This document shows, piece by piece, positions 60,403-64,000 of a stretch of DNA of 64,000 bases. Under the pieces are notes generated by a model. The model did not search any database. It was not told where the DNA came from and saw nothing but the letters and a program-made list of their open reading frames with translations. The DNA is from an uncultured Gemmatimonadales bacterium (GTDB lineage Bacteria; Gemmatimonadota; Gemmatimonadetes; JACCXV01; JAHWKZ01). The stretch covers positions 278 to 64,277 of the forward strand of contig CAZUIY010000042.1 of the NCBI GenBank assembly GCA_964619975.1, read 5' to 3'. The position numbers were made by a program, and so were the translations under genes. Within the stretch, counting starts at the first letter, position 1. Each line of letters starts with the position of its first letter.

Positions 60403-62278
60403 CGCGGTTGGCGGTCTCGCGCAGGGATTGGCGCAAGGAATCGACATGGGCATGCGCTGGCACGGACTGAACCAGAGTATCGGGCTTCAAAAACAGCGGC
60501 AGGAACGGCTTGAGAAACGAGATGAGCGCGACGCCGAAATCCATGAAATGAAGAAAGATCAGTTTGCGTCGGAGAAGGAAATCAGGGATCGCAGGAACAA
60601 CGCGCTCAATGAAATTGCTCAATATACTCAGTCGATCATGGGCGGAGGCCCGCAGCCACAACAGCAGCCGAATATCAACGTGGCCGGACCCATTCCCGCT
60701 GGAGGGATTGGTGGCGCAACACAAATGACACCCGACAGCGGGAGTCTTGCGCCTGCCGCGTCACAAGCGGCACAGGCCCAGGCTCCACAAGCGCAGGAAC
60801 AATCCATTCCGCCTGGAAAGGTACTGGAACGCGGCATGGTAACGGGCATGTACTCCCCGAAAATGCTGACCGATATTGCCAGCATATGGGCCAAGCACGG
60901 CTTGCAGGAAGAGGGCATCAAATACATGAACCAGGCATATGAGGCCGAGAAGCGCGGCGGGGTTCGCGCATCAATGGCACTCATGCAGAACAACCCAGCC
61001 GCGGCTGCCAAAGCGTTGCAGGAAGGCGGAGTGGAGCTCGAAGGCGTGCCGGTCAAGGTCAATGATGATCCGAATGACTTTCGCTGGAAGCTCAACATCG
61101 CGGGACAGGGCGAGACAACGGCGGACGTGCGGCAATGGCTACGCTCCACCATGGACCCGGAAGAATTCTTCAGGGCTGAAGACAGAAGGATCAAGGACGA
61201 GCGGGAAGCGGCCATGGACGAGCGCAAGCAATCGTTCGCGGAACAGAAAGGCCGAGCGGAACTCGGTCTTGATGCGGCAAAGACGCAGGCGCAGATCGGA
61301 TACCTGAGAAGCCGCAGCCAGCTTGCAGAGGCCAACGCGGACAAGGCTGACCGCTGGGAGCCGGGGGCGCTGCGGCCAACCCGATCAAGCGAATCCCAGA
61401 TCAATACCGCGCTGACACGCCGGGAAAAGGCGTTCGACCGGGTGAGCATGGTAAAGGACGAATTTGGCGGCAAGCCCGAGGTCGACCCCATGAGGCGGCA
61501 AGTGCTGGACAGCGCAGCCAACCAGTATCAGGCATTCCTTGAGGATTTACGCGGGGAAGAACTGGACGCGCGGGATCACCACAAGTTTACTGACGTGATG
61601 GTGAGTTTTCCCGTGAACGGTACGCCGCAGCAGATAGCGAAATGGGAAGAGTCGCAACTGTTCCCTCGCTTCGGGCTGAAGAGAAAAGCAAAGGCGGCAA
61701 CCAAGGAAGATACTCCGCGCCAAGTCACTGCACCAGCTGGCGGACTCGCGCCTGCTTCAACACGCGCACCGGCTCCAAGAACAGGAGCGCTCTCATCCCT
61801 TGACCGTGACCGTGCAAGCGCGGCACTGAACAAGGAAATGGAAGGCGTACAGCGTGCGCTGAAAACACCTAACCTCAGCACCGAACAGCGCAAGACACTC
61901 TCATTGCAGGCGCAGGAAATCGCCAAGCGGCGGGATGCGCTGAAGAGAAAGAGAGGCCAATCATCTGACCCAGAATCAGAGCCTGTCCCTGATTACGGAT
62001 TACGACGAGATGGCAGCAAAAAAGGTACTGGATGGCTTGGCATCCAAAAAACCAAATCTGGTAGCGACATGACGGAATACACCGTTGGTTTGGAGATAAA
62101 CGGAAATGAGGTGGATGTTCCTACACTGGTGCCAACTTTGAATCAAAAAGAAATTGACTATCTGAAAACAGAGCCAGACCTGCGAGAAAGGAGCCAAATC
62201 AACGATTCAATCATAAGAAAAGCAAAAGAACATGCAGAGAAACGAATGCGAGAAGGAAAAAGCGTTTTCGCAGATTAA
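60392..62278 (+). CDS. Coiled-coil putative internal virion (ejection) protein, 628 aa
   Basis: It is charged and helical, with a Q/A/P-rich linker. It lies immediately before the giant ORF. Confidence 0.45.
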   Translation: MALNAVGGLAQGLAQGIDMGMRWHGLNQSIGLQKQRQERLEKRDERDAEIHEMKKDQFASEKEIRDRRNNALNEIAQYTQSIMGGGPQPQQQPNINVAGPIPAGGIGGATQMTPDSGSLAPAASQAAQAQAPQAQEQSIPPGKVLERGMVTGMYSPKMLTDIASIWAKHGLQEEGIKYMNQAYEAEKRGGVRASMALMQNNPAAAAKALQEGGVELEGVPVKVNDDPNDFRWKLNIAGQGETTADVRQWLRSTMDPEEFFRAEDRRIKDEREAAMDERKQSFAEQKGRAELGLDAAKTQAQIGYLRSRSQLAEANADKADRWEPGALRPTRSSESQINTALTRREKAFDRVSMVKDEFGGKPEVDPMRRQVLDSAANQYQAFLEDLRGEELDARDHHKFTDVMVSFPVNGTPQQIAKWEESQLFPRFGLKRKAKAATKEDTPRQVTAPAGGLAPASTRAPAPRTGALSSLDRDRASAALNKEMEGVQRALKTPNLSTEQRKTLSLQAQEIAKRRDALKRKRGQSSDPESEPVPDYGLRRDGSKKGTGWLGIQKTKSGSDMTEYTVGLEINGNEVDVPTLVPTLNQKEIDYLKTEPDLRERSQINDSIIRKAKEHAEKRMREGKSVFAD

Positions 62279-62287
62279 AGACACAGA

Positions 62288-64000
62288 ATGGATGAATTAA
62301 CCCTCGAAGAAGATGCTGGCGAACTTGTCGCCCCTCGTCCAAGACGCCAGAGGATGGACGCGCCCATGCCGCGCTCTCGGCCGCGCATGATCGAACTGGA
62401 CGACGACGCTGAAATGCGGCTGCGAGAGATAGCGCAGTCGATGCAGTCCTTCCAGCAGACTGCTCCTGCGGAAACCGCGCAGCCCGAGAAACCTCTCGGC
62501 CTCATGGGAACGATCCGGGAGGGCGCGAAAGGAACATTACGGGCGTTGGGCGCTACCGTGGACACGGCGCAAGGAGATGCGCAGGAAGTGGTGCGCGCCG
62601 CGCAGGATCAGGCAGACGCACCCAAAGACCCTGACCTTGAACGCTTCTATGCGCACATCGAGGAACGCAAGGCAGCGTTGGGAGAAGACCCGTCGCTTTG
62701 GGAAGGCATCAAGGCCGTAGGCGGGGCGGCAATAGATAACCCCCGCGGATTCGGCCTGATGATCGCGGAACAGTTGCCGAACTCGGGCGCAGCGCTGGGA
62801 GCGGCGGGGGCTGGCGCTTTGGCCGGATCATTCGCCGGACCCGTTGGCTCTGCTATCGGTGGATTGGCGGGGCTGGCGGCTGCGAACATCGGCTTGGAAA
62901 CCGGTCACAAGGCGCTGGAAGCGGCCGCCGATGGAGACTTCACGCCGAAAGAACAAAGCCGGGTGCGGCGCGAGGGATTAATCAAGGGCGGCGTCATTAC
63001 CGGGGTGGATGCGGCAACGTTGGGCGTGACCAAGTTCATCACCAACACCAGCCGCCGTGCCGTGGAACGCGCCACGATGAAGACGCTGGCCGATAACGGC
63101 GTGGACGTGACCAATGCGGCAGCACGTCGGGCTGCAATGGAAACACCAGAGATTGCCGAAGCCGTCACAGCAGCGCAAAGCATGGCACGTTCGGGAGCGG
63201 AAAGGCTTGGCAACCGGATAGCGCAGACCGGCGGGGCGATAGCGCTTGAAACCATCGGGGAGGGCGCGGGGGAATATCTCGGGGAACTAGCGGCGACCGG
63301 GCGCGCAAATGCGGTAGACGCCGTAATCGAGGGTTTCGCCGGATTCGGTACCAGCATCGGGGAAATAGCAACAGTCGGAGCGTTGAACCGGCGCGGATTG
63401 AACCGATTGCTGGACAGCCAGGAAGAAGCGCAGACACAGGCCGAAAAACAGACGCAGGACACCGGGGTGGAGCATGAGGCCATGCCATCTCCTACCGAGC
63501 CGGAAAAGTTCGTGGCCGTGCCGAAAGCGCGCTCTGTCTCCGGAATAGAGTTAACACGCGACGAGGAAGGAAACCTCAAGCCGGTCACGCCCGGCTCCAC
63601 GCAGACGGAGTTCAACCTTGCCAACCGGCCGGGTTTTCAGCAGGACGCTGAAACACGCAGGAGGGCGCGGGAAGAGGAACGCACGCGGGAGGAAGCGTAC
63701 AGGAAGAACCCCATAGTCGTGTCAAAGGACATGCCGCGCTCCATTGCTGGCCGTCCCGCAGCTGATCTCACGAATGAAGCGCTGGAATACACGGCGAAGA
63801 ACGGCGGCGCACGCGCCCGCCAGATCGCCATGGACGAGATTGCACGACGCAAGGCGCAAGGCACTCCTGTAGTCACGCCAGAGAAACCGGCGGAAAAGGT
63901 AAAAAGAATCATTGCTACCGGCGCGGAGAAGGCTCAGGAGGACGCCAGGAAGAATTCGATACTTCCATCCGTCCCGACTGCTCCGATTCAACCAGCGACT
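62288..64000 (+). CDS. 5' part (571 codons, open at the window edge) of a giant virion/polyvalent-type protein; not in the supplied ORF table
   Basis: I translated it by hand from the ATG at 62288 and found no stop through 64000, where the last codon ends. It has a Gly/Ala-rich hydrophobic segment (GAALGAAGAGALAGSFAGPVGSAIGGLAGLAAANIG). The antisense ORFs listed here are shadows. Confidence 0.7.
   Translation, partial: MDELTLEEDAGELVAPRPRRQRMDAPMPRSRPRMIELDDDAEMRLREIAQSMQSFQQTAPAETAQPEKPLGLMGTIREGAKGTLRALGATVDTAQGDAQEVVRAAQDQADAPKDPDLERFYAHIEERKAALGEDPSLWEGIKAVGGAAIDNPRGFGLMIAEQLPNSGAALGAAGAGALAGSFAGPVGSAIGGLAGLAAANIGLETGHKALEAAADGDFTPKEQSRVRREGLIKGGVITGVDAATLGVTKFITNTSRRAVERATMKTLADNGVDVTNAAARRAAMETPEIAEAVTAAQSMARSGAERLGNRIAQTGGAIALETIGEGAGEYLGELAATGRANAVDAVIEGFAGFGTSIGEIATVGALNRRGLNRLLDSQEEAQTQAEKQTQDTGVEHEAMPSPTEPEKFVAVPKARSVSGIELTRDEEGNLKPVTPGSTQTEFNLANRPGFQQDAETRRRAREEERTREEAYRKNPIVVSKDMPRSIAGRPAADLTNEALEYTAKNGGARARQIAMDEIARRKAQGTPVVTPEKPAEKVKRIIATGAEKAQEDARKNSILPSVPTAPIQPAT

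Noticed and set aside
63998-64000. The idea that the window is an exact circular permutation, with nt 64000 joined directly to nt 1 so that the two giant-ORF fragments are contiguous.
   Set aside because: The right-edge ORF ends a codon at 64000, whereas the left-edge ORF is in the frame starting at nt 2. A direct join reads ATC ACC ... and hits TGA at 67-69. If the fragments belong to one gene, a segment of length 3n+2 is missing.
1-64000. A search by eye for tRNA, rRNA and tmRNA genes and for transposase or IS ends.
   Set aside because: No cloverleaf-compatible segments or rRNA-like stretches were noticed in the few non-coding gaps. This is a visual negative and should be confirmed with tRNAscan-SE/ARAGORN and ISfinder.

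Overview
This 64-kb window reads as one densely coding, apparently intact mobile genome that combines two lifestyles that are normally separate.

- **nt 2-4078:** the 3' part of a giant multidomain (polyvalent-type) protein gene that enters from the left edge.
- **nt 4.2-22.4 kb:** a complete IncP/RP4-like conjugation module.
  - traM-traL-traK lie on the minus strand. An AT-rich oriT region carries an ATCCTGC nick-type motif.
  - On the plus strand come small ORFs, traJ, the traI relaxase, the traG coupling protein, traF and a lytic transglycosylase.
  - trbI-H-G-F-L-(K)-J-E-D-C-B follow on the minus strand, with an XRE regulator flanked by duplicated operators.
- **nt 22.4-37.3 kb:** temperate-phage early functions. 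These are an HNH nuclease, SSB, RecT, a YqaJ-type exonuclease and a divergent CI/Cro-like switch. They also include a lambda-O-like initiator with an internal iteron origin, a VRR-NUC nuclease, a block of small accessory genes and a large fused N6-adenine methyltransferase.
- **nt 37.6-64 kb:** a late operon that opens with a near-consensus promoter followed immediately by an intrinsic terminator (lambda PR'/tR'-like).
  - It continues with a spanin-like pair, TerS, a resolvase cassette wedged before TerL, and a second methyltransferase.
  - Next come the portal, jelly-roll and fibre-like proteins, scaffold, major capsid, tail and fibre genes, and a SAR-endolysin lysis cassette.
  - It ends with ejection-protein-like genes interleaved with a GNAT and a PAPS-reductase-family enzyme.
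  - An open-ended ORF (62288 to the right edge) is absent from the ORF table and looks like the N-terminus of a giant virion protein.

I saw no tyrosine or large-serine integrase, transposase, tRNA, rRNA or CRISPR array.

**Main hypothesis:** a self-transmissible (conjugative) phage-plasmid, meaning a phage genome that also carries a full relaxosome and T4SS.

**Limits:** all functional calls come from motif and architecture recognition by eye. No database search or statistic was run.
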